In this document: positions 41,391 through 55,100 of the stretch, piece after piece | Position numbering within the stretch: the stretch's first letter is position 1 | Layout of the letters: each line of letters starts with the position of its first letter | Assembly (NCBI GenBank): GCA_965214095.1 | Contig: OZ243938.1 | Coordinates: forward strand, 4,544,001 to 4,608,000 | Reading direction: 5' to 3' | DNA: 64,000 nucleotides | From: Candidatus Poribacteria bacterium | Lineage (GTDB): Bacteria > Poribacteria > WGA-4E > WGA-3G | The notes under the pieces: generated by a model | Told to the model about the DNA's origin: nothing | The model's input: the letters and a program-made list of their open reading frames with translations, nothing else | Database searches by the model: none | Program-made: the position numbers and the translations under genes

Positions 41391-42311
41391 ATGAAAATAT
41401 CATTGATAGGAAACAACCATTTAGCACTTTCAGTTGCTTGGGGTATCTCTCAAAATGAGTTGGCACAGCAAATAGTCATGTTTACAGGTTCCGAGGCAGG
41501 AATTAAACATGTCAACCGGAGTACATCAAATCGGAAGACAATTGCTGATGGCATTGAAGACCTCACTATAGCAGCTGCAGTGAGTCCCAGTGACACACAA
41601 ATAAGTATGGCAAACTCCTCAGAGGAACTATCCGATTCACAAGTAGTTGTCCTGCTGCCTGCGTCCTTGCCCTTTGGTTTTCACGCTGCACACGCTTTAA
41701 AAACAACCAATCTTGCCATTACTCGCCAAATTTGTCAAAATATTCAAGATAGTCTCCAGAATGCAATTGTATTGATAGCAATGCCTTATGCAAACCACAT
41801 TGCTGCATGGATACATCAAACACAAGACTTGAATAACATCATTGGAATTGCTAATGGAGTCTCTACAGCACATCTAAAAGCTGAAATAGCAAACCGACTC
41901 GCTCTCTCTGTTAATGATATTTCTGCTTTGGCTATTGGTAATGACGAAGTCACTTATCCGTTACCCCAAAATTGTAGGGTCAATGGCATTCCGTTATCAC
42001 AATTGATGGATGAATCTGACATACAAGAAATATCGGAACTCGTTTCAAAACGATGTCCCTATACTTCGGCAAGTGAGTACACATTAGCAAGTCATATTCT
42101 ACAAGTTCTTTCTGCTATCAGTCTGGACAAGAAACGTGTTATGAGTGTTGGCACATTAATTTCTACTGATACGACTTCTGTTTTCCTAAACGTTCCATCA
42201 AAAATCGGCAGCAACGGTATAGAGTCAATTATCCCATTAGACCTAACGGATTCACAGCGAGAACAGTTTAAACAACTCGTCGCGCAAAGTGCATCACAAA
42301 ACTTTAGTTGA
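41391..42311 (+). CDS. Malate/lactate dehydrogenase-fold protein lacking catalytic residues
   Basis: Colinear with LDH-like MDH (MKISLIG, SDSQVVV, VNGIPLSQL, DKKRVM, VPSKIGSNGIE..I.LDL) but motifs lost. Confidence 0.8.
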   Translation: MKISLIGNNHLALSVAWGISQNELAQQIVMFTGSEAGIKHVNRSTSNRKTIADGIEDLTIAAAVSPSDTQISMANSSEELSDSQVVVLLPASLPFGFHAAHALKTTNLAITRQICQNIQDSLQNAIVLIAMPYANHIAAWIHQTQDLNNIIGIANGVSTAHLKAEIANRLALSVNDISALAIGNDEVTYPLPQNCRVNGIPLSQLMDESDIQEISELVSKRCPYTSASEYTLASHILQVLSAISLDKKRVMSVGTLISTDTTSVFLNVPSKIGSNGIESIIPLDLTDSQREQFKQLVAQSASQNFS

Positions 42312-42373
42312 CACCGATAAATTTCCATTCTTGACGATTTCTCCGTAATGTTCTACAAACAGTGAGATAACTG

Positions 42374-43474
42374 GTGCGGGAAATATATCAAAAAATCCCA
42401 GAATTAATCGGATCCGATCAGGTTAGTGCCTACTGTACTGTGGTTGAAACGAAAGGCTCTACACCACAAAAACCGGGGGCAAAACTGCTGATTCTCCCCG
42501 ATTTACGTAATATTGGCACACTCGGAGGCGGATGTGTTGAAGCCGAAGCACGGCGACAAGCTATTGGATTGATGCAAGATGGCACGCCTCGTCTCTTGGA
42601 GTTTCAACTGGATAGTGATTACGGTTGGGATGATGGACTCATCTGTGGAGGAAATATGAAGATCTTCATTGATGTACCTAAAACTCGTTCAGAGGCAGAC
42701 ATATTTACACGTCTAAAGGAATTAAATGCCGCAAAGGTACCCCTTGTCTGTGCAACGGTTGTCAAAAGCAATCAGCAAAACTCAAATGTCGGAATGAAGA
42801 TGATTTTCGCATCTAACGGTGAACGAATTGGCACATTAGGAAATCCTCTATTAGAATCGGATGTTGAAGATCAGATGACCGACATCCTTACAAAAAATAA
42901 TGCAGACATCTTTAATCAGAATGATAACACATCCATCTTTCTTGAACCTCTTCAACCCAGACCTACGTTGCTCATTGCAGGAGCAGGCCATGTCGGACAG
43001 GCACTATGCCATATCGGCAACTGGTTAGATTTTGACATTGTTATCATTGATGATAGGGCAGATTTTGCTTCATCTGAACGATTGCCTGAAGCAGACGAAA
43101 TTATTATTGGTGATATCGCTGAAGAACTCAAAAAATATCCAAAAAATCATTTGACTTATGTAGTTATTGTTACCAGAGGACATCAACACGATGAATCTGC
43201 TCTCCACAGTGTCGTGGAATCGGATGCCCGTTATATCGGATTAATTGGCAGCAGGAGGAAAATAAAGCTTATATTTGATGATCTGCTTGAAATCGGAATA
43301 CCGAAAGAAAGATTGCAACGCGTTTATGCACCAATTGGACTGGATATAAACTCCAAAACTGTTCCTGAAATTGCTGTTAGTATCGCATCACAACTCATAA
43401 AAATACGCAATAGTGTAAATAGTGGAGAAGCTTATGATGCAAGACCTGAAAAAATGCCTACCATTAAAATATGA
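42374..43474 (+). CDS. xdhC: XdhC/CoxI family molybdoenzyme accessory protein
   Basis: GSTPQKPGAK, GTLGGGCVE, GLICGG, GAGHV, TRGHQHD, YIGLIGSRRK, PIGLDI. Confidence 0.93.
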   Translation: MREIYQKIPELIGSDQVSAYCTVVETKGSTPQKPGAKLLILPDLRNIGTLGGGCVEAEARRQAIGLMQDGTPRLLEFQLDSDYGWDDGLICGGNMKIFIDVPKTRSEADIFTRLKELNAAKVPLVCATVVKSNQQNSNVGMKMIFASNGERIGTLGNPLLESDVEDQMTDILTKNNADIFNQNDNTSIFLEPLQPRPTLLIAGAGHVGQALCHIGNWLDFDIVIIDDRADFASSERLPEADEIIIGDIAEELKKYPKNHLTYVVIVTRGHQHDESALHSVVESDARYIGLIGSRRKIKLIFDDLLEIGIPKERLQRVYAPIGLDINSKTVPEIAVSIASQLIKIRNSVNSGEAYDARPEKMPTIKI

Positions 43475-43827
43475 GGAATGAGAAAATGAATCACGTTAAA
43501 TTGGAAGAAAACAAAAACTATACCCTTGCAGAAGTGGTAGAGATAGTCCAGGACACTTTGGAAGTTGTCAAGGAAAATTCTGAACATTGTCATTTGCAAT
43601 TTTCTCCTATTGATATTTATTGGTTGCTGCACAATATGCTTTCGTATGTAAATAGAAATGTTCCGGGTGAATTTGCCCTTCGACGGAATCATAAAGGTTC
43701 ATATAGGATTCGATATAGAACAGAAGAAGCAGAAAAAATACGCGCTGCAAAGAAAATCAAAGAAAATGTAAAAAAATCCGCAGATTATTTAGAAGAATTA
43801 ACTGGTAACAGACCCTCTTGGGGATAA
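43471..43827 (+). CDS. Hypothetical protein
   Basis: 118-aa ORF overlapping the xdhC stop (ATGA). Confidence 0.65.
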   Translation: MRNEKMNHVKLEENKNYTLAEVVEIVQDTLEVVKENSEHCHLQFSPIDIYWLLHNMLSYVNRNVPGEFALRRNHKGSYRIRYRTEEAEKIRAAKKIKENVKKSADYLEELTGNRPSWG

Positions 43828-43864
43828 TCTGTGATTTCAATTAGAGTGGGTTATCAGACTATTA

Positions 43865-43953
43865 TACCAAATTTACGAGGTTGTCCTGTTTTTGATGCTG
43901 AGAACACGGACGGGCAGGGGAACCCTGCCCCTACGATTTAGGTTAATTTGGTA
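43865..43953. repeat. Small MITE-like element (TACCA ends) enclosing a REP
   Basis: TACCAAATT/AATTTGGTA; internal GGGCAGGGGAACCCTGCCCCTAC. Confidence 0.65.
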
Positions 43954-43990
43954 CTACATAACTTGGATTGATACAATTGAGGAGTGTTTT

Positions 43991-44887
43991 ATGAATCAAG
44001 ATCAAACGATAAACATTGAAGACATAGAAATGTCGGTTGACAATTTAGATTTTCAGAAAGCAGCTGATATATTTGATCAGCACGGATGTCTTGTCGTGCG
44101 TGGTCTGATGAATCCCTATATCAAAGAAATACATAAAGATATTGAAGCTGCAGCAGCAGAATCTTTGGCACTTCTTGATCAAGCACAGCAGATAACTGAA
44201 GGATGGCGAACGCCAAACGGCACTCTCTTCATCCCTGCTCCACAAGGATATGATCGTGACAAACAGATTATGGTCCTCTCAATCAATTATCAGACAAGTG
44301 CAGCTTTTTTCCGAGCTGCTTTTGATGAAAATGCTATTGGAATCGTTGAAGCGATTTTAGGTCAGAACGTTGAGATATTTGGAAATGGACAGTGTCTGTA
44401 TAAAGAACCTGTTGGTGGACATCCCAAACACCTACATCAAGACTCAGCTTATTTTGAACATCGCTTTCAAGGACCCGTTGGTATTCTGAATTATGTAGTG
44501 GATACTGACCTTGTGAATGGTGCGTTGTATGTAGTTCCTGGCTCACATCAACTTGGTCAATTGAAACATGTGGATACATTTTCACATCTTGGTTTAGAGG
44601 AGGATGAATGGCCTTGGGAAAGTGCACTGCCTGTTGTTGGTAATGCAGGAGACTCTATATTCTTCAATGTTAAGACAGTACACGGATCTAAACAGAACAT
44701 GTCAGATAAACCGCGTCCGGTATTTATCAACCGTTATCGACGGACAGATGACTTTGTAATAATTGGTGGCACTACCACCACAAATCGTGCAGAGGCAGAG
44801 AAACGCGCAGCTGCCGCTGAAGAAGCAAAGAAATCCAATTCTGACCGCGGTTTGATGGTACGTGGTTTTCGCCCCTTCAAAGCATAG
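43991..44887 (+). CDS. Phytanoyl-CoA dioxygenase (PhyH) family protein
   Basis: HQD, NGALYVVPGSH, GDSIFF...TVHGS..N; GGAG before ATG 43991. Confidence 0.9.
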   Translation: MNQDQTINIEDIEMSVDNLDFQKAADIFDQHGCLVVRGLMNPYIKEIHKDIEAAAAESLALLDQAQQITEGWRTPNGTLFIPAPQGYDRDKQIMVLSINYQTSAAFFRAAFDENAIGIVEAILGQNVEIFGNGQCLYKEPVGGHPKHLHQDSAYFEHRFQGPVGILNYVVDTDLVNGALYVVPGSHQLGQLKHVDTFSHLGLEEDEWPWESALPVVGNAGDSIFFNVKTVHGSKQNMSDKPRPVFINRYRRTDDFVIIGGTTTTNRAEAEKRAAAAEEAKKSNSDRGLMVRGFRPFKA

Positions 44888-44935
44888 ACAGGACAATAAC
44901 AGGTACAACCTACCTAAATAGGAATTACAATCATT

Positions 44936-45763
44936 ATGCAACTTCCAGAAACACAACTTGCACAATTCAGAGAAAATGGTTATATCGTATTTGAAGACTT
45001 TTTCTCAACAACTGAGGCTGATGCACTGCGGCTTGAATTAGAACGTATATACAATACTGAACTTGAAAAAGGCACAGGAATCAACTGTGCTATTCAAGAA
45101 GATGGAACGAAACGCAACAATGAAGGTGAACGACAGAACCTACAAGTTATTCCACTAAACAACCGCAGCGATCTACACAAAGCATTGCCTTTTCATCCTA
45201 AAGTTGTCTCCGTTGTCAAGCAACTTATTGGTGATGAATTTATGCTGGAACTCGACCAAGCATTTTGGAAACCACCCAAAGTTGGTATAGGTACGAGTTG
45301 GCATCAGGATAATGCATATTTCAAAATAGCTGACCCACTACGCGGTACTGCTATGTGGATTGCTATTCACGACGCAAACATTCAAAATGGATGTTTACAT
45401 GTTATCCCCGGCAGCCACCGCGAATCTTACGAACACTACCGCGACCCACTAAGCGATCATCATATCCGATGCGATCCACCGGAAGAACGCGCCGTTCCTA
45501 TTGAGTTAAAGGCAGGTGGCGTGTTATTCTTCTGCTACGGGGTTGCACATTGCACAAGACAAAATCTATCTGACAAAGAACGCGCAGGCGTAGCACTCCA
45601 TTTCCTACATAATGATTTCGGTGGAAAAGATATCTGGGAACGAAATAATGCTACCAAACCGATGATTTCAGGTTCTTTGTCAACCGGTGGAGAGAAAGAA
45701 TTCGGTCAGAAGTTTGAAGGTAGGTGGCAAGAATTAATGGATAGTGTACTCGCTTCTTCCTAA
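44936..45763 (+). CDS. Phytanoyl-CoA dioxygenase (PhyH) family protein
   Basis: WHQDNAY, WIAIHDA, NGCLHVIPGSH, AHCT..N.S..R. Confidence 0.92.
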   Translation: MQLPETQLAQFRENGYIVFEDFFSTTEADALRLELERIYNTELEKGTGINCAIQEDGTKRNNEGERQNLQVIPLNNRSDLHKALPFHPKVVSVVKQLIGDEFMLELDQAFWKPPKVGIGTSWHQDNAYFKIADPLRGTAMWIAIHDANIQNGCLHVIPGSHRESYEHYRDPLSDHHIRCDPPEERAVPIELKAGGVLFFCYGVAHCTRQNLSDKERAGVALHFLHNDFGGKDIWERNNATKPMISGSLSTGGEKEFGQKFEGRWQELMDSVLASS

Positions 45764-45831
45764 TCAAGTTGTCCGTTATTTTTTAGTAAACTAACCAATT
45801 ATATCTACACACCTTCTCAGCGTGTGTATTA

Positions 45832-45930
45832 TAGTAGATTTTGAAATTACTTGAACACTCTGCATCGGCGAGGTTAGGAAACCTCGCCTACCGTGGGTCG
45901 AAAGTGTCAACTTATATTTATAATTCACTA
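45832..45930. repeat. MITE-like element (TAGT..ACTA ends, TA flanks) enclosing a REP
   Basis: Imperfect ~28-bp TIR; internal GGCGAGGTTAGGAAACCTCGCCTAC. Confidence 0.6.
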
Positions 45931-46167
45931 TAAAGATTAAAATACATCCACATTATTTCATTGATTAAGATCAAACAATAGTCACGCTGTGTTTGCGCAT
46001 TGATAATTCTGTCATCAATGAAATCTACTCCATAAGAATTGTGTTCGTTGTAAAATCCATAACTCCGATTTGTATATAGAATGTTGATCTTTTGATTAAA
46101 CTCAAGAATGGACAAATGAATTTGGATACTTTATACTATTGTATATAGGTTCTACACGGAGGTATTA

Positions 46168-49100
46168 ATGTTTAAAAGAATAAACATTTCATATTTCACA
46201 TGCGTTCTGTGTCTGATATTTGCACTCTCCTTAATCCCAATTTTCTCTTTCGCTCAGCAATCAGCAAACGATGAGAGCATCATAGCACGTTATAAACAGA
46301 TACTGCTTGGCAAGCCAAAAGAAGGAAGTACTTTTGACCGCCTCTATCAGTTCTATCTTGAAGGGGATGGCTTAGAAGCAATGCTCAACGAATATCAAAC
46401 CGAAGCACAAAATGAACCTAACAATCCAAATCTCCAACTCATCTTGGGGCATCTTTACAAAAGGCTTGGAAAAGACACACAAGCCATCACTTCCTATCAA
46501 CGCGCTGTTGAACTGTCACCAGATAACTATTACTCACATTTTGCTTTAGGAAAGTTATATAAAACGCTACGCAAACATGAAGAAGCTATAAAGGAATTGA
46601 GAGAAGCAGCCGATCTGTCAGAGAAAGTCCAGGATGTTCCTCCAGATGAACTGACATCAATATATCAAGCTCTCGGATACTCGTTTTTCCATCGTGATAG
46701 AGTAGATGAAGCAATTCAGACATGGCAAAAAATCGCTGAGCTCGATCCAATGGACATCTTTGCACGCATTGAACTCGCTGAACTTTTCCGTGAACAAGAA
46801 CTATATCAACAGGCTATCGCACAACATGAAGATATAATAAAATTGAAGAAAGACGACCCATATAGAGTCTGTTTGAGCCACAGAGAAATCGGGAATATCC
46901 TTGAAATTAAAGGTGACATTCAAGACGCTGTGAAAAGATATGACACTGCACTTGAAATTACCGCGCAAGGTAACTGGTTACGGAAAGACATACAACACCG
47001 TATCATCGGTATCTTCGCTTCAGATAGCAATTGGGATGGATTGATAAACTATTACAAAGAGAAACTTGATGATAATCCGAATGACCCTGAACTTCTCAGT
47101 TTGATCGCAGCTGCATACATTGAGAATCAGCAACTTGATGAAGGAATCAAGACATACCACAAAGGATTAGAACTTGCACCCACTGACACCAATCTACGAC
47201 TAAATCTCATTGCCTCACTCCGATATGCAGAAAAGTTTGATGAGGCAGCTACAGAATATGAAACTCTCAACAAACAAGATCCTGACAATATCGGTATATA
47301 CAGAGAACTCGGTGAACTCTATCATCAACTTGGCGACCGTGAAAAAGCAGAACAGGTTTATCAACGTTTGATTGACCAATCCCCTGACAATCCAAGCACT
47401 TACCTAACCTTGGCTGAAATATATACTGGACACGAATGGATTGAAGAAGCCACATCACATTATGAAAAGGCATTATCTCTTGTCCCAAACAATCTGGATT
47501 ATATTGAGTATTTTGGTGATTTTTATCTTAGACAAGGGAATCGTGAGAAGGCACTTGAGACTTGGAACAGAATGGTTACTGAAGACAAAGCAAATGCTGT
47601 CAACTATGATCGTCTTGCGAAGTTACTAAAAACCAAACATTTCAAAAAGGAATCAATCGCAGCTATACGAAAAGCTGCTGAGTTGATGCCAGAAGAATAT
47701 AGTTATAGAGAAACATTAGCAAAATACCTTACAGAGAACGAAGAATATGACAAAGCACTTGTTGAATACCACGTGGCGATGCAACTTGCGCCAAATCAAT
47801 TTTTTGCTGATAAAATGAATGATAGAGCGATTGAACTCTATCGCAGACAAGGAACACTCACAGAGAAGATTAAAGAAATAGAAACAGAACTTGAAAATAC
47901 TGCACTATCTGAAACTGAACGTTTCGCACATCAGAAGCAGCTCGTAAAGATGTATCTGAAGATGGGAAACATTAGTTATGCGATGGAAGTATTGTTACAG
48001 ACTAAAGAGATGATGCCAGATGACATCACCATAAACCGTTGGCTTGCAAACGTATACTATCGTCAAGGTAGACGCGATGCAGCAAATTATATCTACACAA
48101 ACCTTATTGAGATAGACAGTGCAAATGCTCGCGAATATTATACTAAAATTGCTAAGTCACATCTGAATATCTTTGATTTTGATTCCGCTACAGATACTGC
48201 AAAACAGGTCATCGCAAATAGTCCACGCAATCCCGATGGACATCAACTCCTCGCACAAATTGCTGTCCAATCAGAAAACTATGACTCCGCAATTGATAGT
48301 CTAAAAAATGCAATTAGATTACGACCTGAGGAAATAAAAACACGAATTGAATTGGCAAAGGTTTATTTGCTTGCAGAAAAACCGCAACACGCTTTGGCAC
48401 AATATTGGAGATGTTGGAATCTCAGCGATAGTGTCAATGACAAACTTGATTTGATAAAACCACTCTCAGAAATATATGACGACCTTGGTCGACCGGAAGA
48501 ATTAAGAACAAAACTCAAGAAATTAGCAAGATCAAATACTACTTGGGTTGCGGCTGTTCTGGCACTATCTGAACTTCAACGGATGAAAGGTAATATAGAA
48601 GGTGCGCGATTTCAATTGGCACAAGCGTTGAACAGACAAAGAGATAATCCTGCATTGTTATACCACTTAGTAAATATCACCTTAGAGATGGATGAAATAC
48701 AGGAAGCACTAACATATCAACAACAGCTTGTCAAAGTTCAACCAAATTCTGATAACCAGCAGCAGCTTGGGAAAATACTGTTTGATCTTGGACGTGAACA
48801 AGAAGCAATACAAGTCTGGACAAAACTACTGCATGCAAAAAACCAGACGCTTGAGGCAGAAGTAAAACTTGCATCTTTATTGCTACGCAACGGTCTGCAA
48901 GAACAAGCATTCATCGTCCTTGAACGCGCAGCTGAAAAAATCAGTGGCACTGATGCACACCTCCCACTCTATCAAGTTGGTGCAATGTTAGTGGCTATCT
49001 ATGAAAAAGAACGTGCAATCCCTTATTTCCATGCCATCCTAAACATGTCTGAAAATACAGATAGTTTAACTCAGATAGCAGCCGATCAATCCGCAACAAA

Positions 49101-52100
49101 CACAAACATTATAAATCACAATTATTTCACTGTATCACGCAGTACTATCTCAGATATTCAGAGTAAGCCAACCACAGGAACAGGTAGAGTCCGATGGAGA
49201 CCTAAGACATTAGACGATGCAAAAGTTGGTGCACTGGTACAACTGACAACAATTGCACAGCAACAAGCAAAAGTGAATGATCTCGTCAATAAATTGCAAG
49301 ATGCTGCCGATGCAAATCCTACTGATGTCAATGCACACGTAACCTTAGCAAGATTATATAATCTACTTCAGTATAATGATAAGACAGACGAAGTTGTTGA
49401 TAAGTTGATTGATATCACATCTAACGATACTGCATACCGATACTTACGACTTCAACGTGTGCTGAACGAAGAACTAACACCTGATAAGTTCAAAGATAGA
49501 ATTTCGGAATTACCTTCAATTACGTCTGATGATCGCTTGCAATTTATGGCAAAATATGCAGAATCACTGTTTCGTAAAGGAGATGAAGACGAAGCCAATA
49601 AACTCCTAAGTGAAATTGAAAGTGAAAAATCCTCAAATTTTGATACCGTCTATGCATTTGTCATGGCGTTTATACGTGCAGAAAAGACTGATGTAGCACA
49701 AAAACACCTCATGAGGCTTGCTCCGCCACCGCCATCACAAAGTCTATATAATTATGAATACTTATTTAAACATCTCATTAAAACTTACCTTGACAAAGGA
49801 GAACCTGAAAAGGCAATTGATACCTTCTGGGTATTCTTTGAGAAAACAAAACCCAAATCTGTAAACCCAAGACGAATATCCTTACTTTCACAGTCCTCAT
49901 TTACAAGTGGGTATAGTTCATTACCAACAAACTTTCCACCACAATCAGCATACTTCAACCAAGACCGATTAGACTTCCTTGAATACAATTTCCGTGAGTT
50001 CTGGATACATAATCAAGCAAATGGCTTATATTCAAAACTCCAAAATGTGTTTGATACAACCGAAGGTAACAACAGTCTTTATCCGAGTTTAGCACTCTCA
50101 TACTGCTATTGGTGGGATGGCAAACAACAGAATGCTAAAGATATTCTTGTTTCACTACAGAATGAATTCCCTGATGACCTCATTCTCAAGCACAATATTG
50201 CAGCTCTCTATATTCAGACTGGAAATGTACGCGAAGCAATGAATATTGTTGAAAAACTTACACAGGTAGATGCAAGTAAACAACTTCAATACTACGAATT
50301 GATGTTGGAACTTGCTACACAATTGGGGGATATGGATAAATTACGAGAGTTAATTCCAAAAATACTAAATTCTTCATATAGTGCCGATGTATTATACCAG
50401 TTTTCTAATATGCTTGATGACCGTGGTTTTACACAGCAGGCAATTACATTTGCATTAAAAGCCAAGTCAATAGTTATGAAACAGAGAAACACCTCTCTCT
50501 TGACAAATTTAGCTTACCATCTCAACTCACTTGGTAGAGCAAAAGATAGTCAAGAACTTTATACTCGCGCAATGCAATTCTCTAACAATTCCAATAGAAG
50601 TGGAAGAGCAGCATCATCACGGAATATCTCTCAATCCGCAAATTCATACCGCACATCACAAGATAGAGAGAATAATGAAAGGAAATTAGTCCAAGATGCA
50701 CAGAACAAACCTGACTCATTTCAAGCACAAATTAAATTGGCTGTCCACTATGAACGTTTGAATCAAATTGATAAAGCAACAAAAGCTTATGAGTCAGCAC
50801 TTGCCTTACGACCAAAGGACAATAATACCAGACTACAATACGTCAGAATGTTAGAACAAAACGGTAAAGCTACAGATGCAATTTCAGATTACGCCATTCT
50901 CTTGAAGAGTAATTCCAGTGTGTTAGACTACGAACATGACATCGCAATAGATGCATTCGTTGAAGCTGAAAAATTGGATGAACTGATTTCAATCACAAAT
51001 GACATTATCATGCCTGTTGGACAATATGCTGGCAGCGAATTCACCGTTGTTGTCGCACGCAGATGTCTCACTGAAAATAGAACTGAAGATGCTATCAAGT
51101 TATTTGAGAAGATTATCAAGACACATCCAAGTTGGACAGCACTCCACCAAGAATTGGCATCCATCTATGTCAACGCAGGTCACCCTGAGACAGCAATTCA
51201 GTTTCTAACTGAAAAGCAGAAAAGTGATAGATCATCTCTATCAGATACAGGGTTCATTGTCAAAATTGCTGAAATCTATCTGTCATCGGGTAATTCTGAG
51301 AAAGCAGTCAATTACTTGAAAGATAAAATCAATGAACAAGAACAATCAAAATCAACCATTCCTCTTGTTCTAAAACTTGCTGATATATATAAAAATAGCG
51401 TTGAATTACACAACTTAATTGACGAATACCAAGCTAAACTCGCTGAAAATCCGACTGATACAGACCTTCTCTATGTCATAACTTCTATGAAGTTAAAAAC
51501 TGATGATACTGAAGGTGTAAAAGACTTTGTTGATCAAGTGACTGAAAAAGTAAACACGTCTATCTCTACGCAATGGTTATATGATCTGTCGGATGCTTGT
51601 AGAGACAAAGAACTGCCCGAACTACAGTTCCGTCTCCTTGAAGCCGCTGTAGAAAAATTGGAAAACACTAACTCATGGCAACTTGAGAGGGGTTATCAAA
51701 AACTTGCAGAGGAACATCTGAAAAAAGGTGACATAGAAAAAGCACAAATCGCAACACGAAAGATGGGAAAACTCATATCAATGTCAGATGGATGGGGCAG
51801 AATATATGACAAGAGAAAACTCGCAACCACTTATATGCAATATCAAATGTGGGACGATGCACTAACACTCTATTCAGAAATAATCAACAATCTTGGGGCA
51901 TCAAGTTATGAAAGAAGTAATTCTCAAGAAAAGTATTTGGATATAAAACAACGACGTGGTGATCTTGATGTTATAACTGATGCGGAAATAAAACAACTGC
52001 CAATCAGTTTGCAGCAAGACTATGCAGATGAATTTGAATACATAGGTAAAATTGATAAGACAATTCAGATATACAACCGTATCATCAAAACCACACCAGA

Positions 52101-55100
52101 AGATTTTTACACCCGCGAACAACTTGCTGATCTCTATACACGCATCGGTCAACACGATAAGTCCCAACAAATATGGACAGAACTGCTTGAATTAGACCCA
52201 GGAAACACATTATACCAAGATGGACTTGTCCAATGTCTTCAATCTGCTGACAAACTCAACGATGCTTATGAACTTGCACAGAAATACATACAGGAAGAAC
52301 CTGAAGTTGGCGCACACTACCTAAGACTTGCCGGACTATATGCCGATGAAAATCGAATTGATGACGCAATAGTAAACTATGAGAAAGTAAATGAATTGGC
52401 ACCAGGAAACCAATCTACTTATCTCAATCTGGCAAATATGTACCTACGCGCTGATAATTTTGTCAAGGCAGAAGATGCTTTCAACAATGCACTTCAACAC
52501 ACTACATCAAGCTACCAAAGAAATGATATTGAAGACCAGATACTAAACATATATCGTTATCAAGGTAAATTAGAAGAAAAGTTTAAGGATATAGAAGCAA
52601 AGGGTATGCTGACATCGGATAAGCAGGCACAAATTGCACGACATCTGCTGAATACAGGTAACACAGAAAAATCTGTGGCAGCGTTTAAGAAAGCCATTGA
52701 TATGACTACAGATTCATATCAAAAGAATAGGTTGTCAAATGAATTACTTGAGGTATATGTTGAAAATGATCAAACCGAATTAGCAACACAACTTTATGAT
52801 AAAATCGCTCTACGTGCTGATTCCAGAAGAAGTACCTCTTACGGAACAACAAGTATCACTGTCTCATCAAATGCAAAAAGGGCACGTGAAACGCTGATCC
52901 GTACCTATAGAAATCAGAATAAACTTGAGAAGCTGAAGACAATATACGAAGCCAAACTCAAAGAAAATCCTAACAAGGTGGACTATCTTGAAACACTTGC
53001 AGAGATCCATTGGGATAGCGAAGATTACAAAAAATCTGCTGAAGTTTACCAAACACTAAACAAAATTCAACCTTACAACTTACGGAATTATTTCTACGCT
53101 GCCGCAGCTACGAAAAAGAGTGGACATCCGGTTAAAGCTCAAGAGATTATAGATAAGGCTGAAACTGCATTCACATCAAGTCCAGAAACAGACGATATAT
53201 GGATACTCAGTCATATCGCTTCTATTTGTCTCCAGAACGACATGAACGATTTAGCACTCAAATACGCACAAACTGCTCTTGAGTTAAACCGTAGCTATGG
53301 CAATAGCATAGTTCAGGAAACATTGTGGGCAATGCTTGGGGAAATATACAAAAACAAAGAACAATACGAAGATGCTGTCAATATGTATCGGCAGGTCGTA
53401 ATAACTACCGACTATGATTATGATAGAAGAAATGCTGAGAGTGCAATTCTCGAGATTACGCAGCAAGGTAAACTCTATGAAAAATGGATTCCTAAACAAC
53501 TTGAAACCGTAGAAAATCGTCCGGATGATATAAACGCACGTTTACTGCTTGCTGAGAATTATGAACTGGCAAAAGAGTTCAAAAATGCAGTCGAACAGTA
53601 TGAAGCCATAAAGGAACTTCAACCCAATAATCCCAAATGGTATAAGAAACTTGCGGAACTCTGTAATAACCTACCAGATGAAAGACAAGAAACAGGTGAA
53701 GTGATAGATGGAACTGCACTCTCACTTGATGGCAATGGAAGTTATGTTGAAATCAATGACAGTGAGATTTTAAACAATATGTCGGATCAGTTAACGGTAT
53801 CAGTATGGTATAAATGCAATGAATATCCAAAAGATTATTCTCCGATTGTTACCAAGACAAATACATGGGATACAGAATTCAAAAATAGAAGCTATCTACT
53901 AAACCTTAAGAATGACGGGACAATTGAGTTTGCAGCATCTCCTAACGGTGAAAGTCATGTAAGCCTTTTTCCATCAAATTATATAATCCAACCCAACACA
54001 TGGACACATCTAACAGGCGTTATTGACGGCAAAAGCAACACAATAAAATTGATTGTTGATGGGAATGAAATTGCAAGAGATGGATTCAAAGGTGTGAATC
54101 AGATATTCAGCAGCAAACTCCCACTCCGAATTGGGTGGACACAAGAGATATTCTCGGGTCATAACTATGTCAACGGATACATTGATGAAGTGCGCGTATG
54201 GAACGTAGCACGATCTACAGAAGATATACGTGCTGATATGAATAAGCAACTCACTGGAGATGAACCCGGTTTAATCGGATACTGGAAATTTGATTCGCAA
54301 CAAGATGATAAGATATTTGATTCTTCACCGAACAAGAACCATGGCACTCTAATCGGAGATGCAAAACTGGAGAAATACCAGCGTCCTATTTTTGAAAGCA
54401 CACGAAATGACAATCTGGCAAAATCGAAAACTTATTATGAAAGATCATTAGAGCTTGAACCCGCATCATACCAGAACTATGACAGATTAGCCAAATTCTA
54501 TCTGCGGACAAACGACAAAGCAAATGCTGAAACATTATATCTTCAAGCATTAGAAGCACCACTGTCACAAAGTGATTATGAATCTGCTATCCAAGCTATC
54601 TCAAAACTATATGCAGTTGAAGGACAGGAACAGGAACACCTTGCTATCCTTGAAAAATTCAAACACAAAATGGCGAGAAGTGCTGATTTTCAAGACCAAT
54701 TGGCTAATCTATACAGAAAAATTGGAGAGGCAGAAAAAGCCGAAGATGCAAACGAAAAATGGTTGAAAATACGGCAGGGAGCGGCAAACAGTAGAAATTA
54801 TGCATCAAGCTACCGGTTGTTTGCAGAGGAATTACTTGCTAAAGGAATCTTCCCTGAAATAGCACTCATGAATGCAAAACTTGCTGTGCATGATTACACA
54901 GGAACAAGTTATTTATACACCACAACACTTGGCAAAGCGTGTATTGCAAACGGAAAAGTTGATGAGGCATTAAGACATTTCAAACAAGCATTAGGTTATA
55001 TTACATCCAATTATTCATACAATTCGTTTTGGAATACTGTCGCAGATACAATTGAGAAAGTTGAGGACAAAGAGGGTTACATACAAAGACTTGACGAATT

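Noticed and set aside
43892-43990. N-terminal extension of the first PhyH ORF
   Set aside because: It starts inside a MITE/REP; the RBS supports ATG 43991. Likewise for the extensions at 3513, 16691, 58589 and 59377.
43991-45763. Tandem PhyH genes (and tandem beta-propellers at 61515-64000) as a novel system
   Set aside because: Paralog expansion of these families is already known in such bacteria; nothing distinctive is visible.
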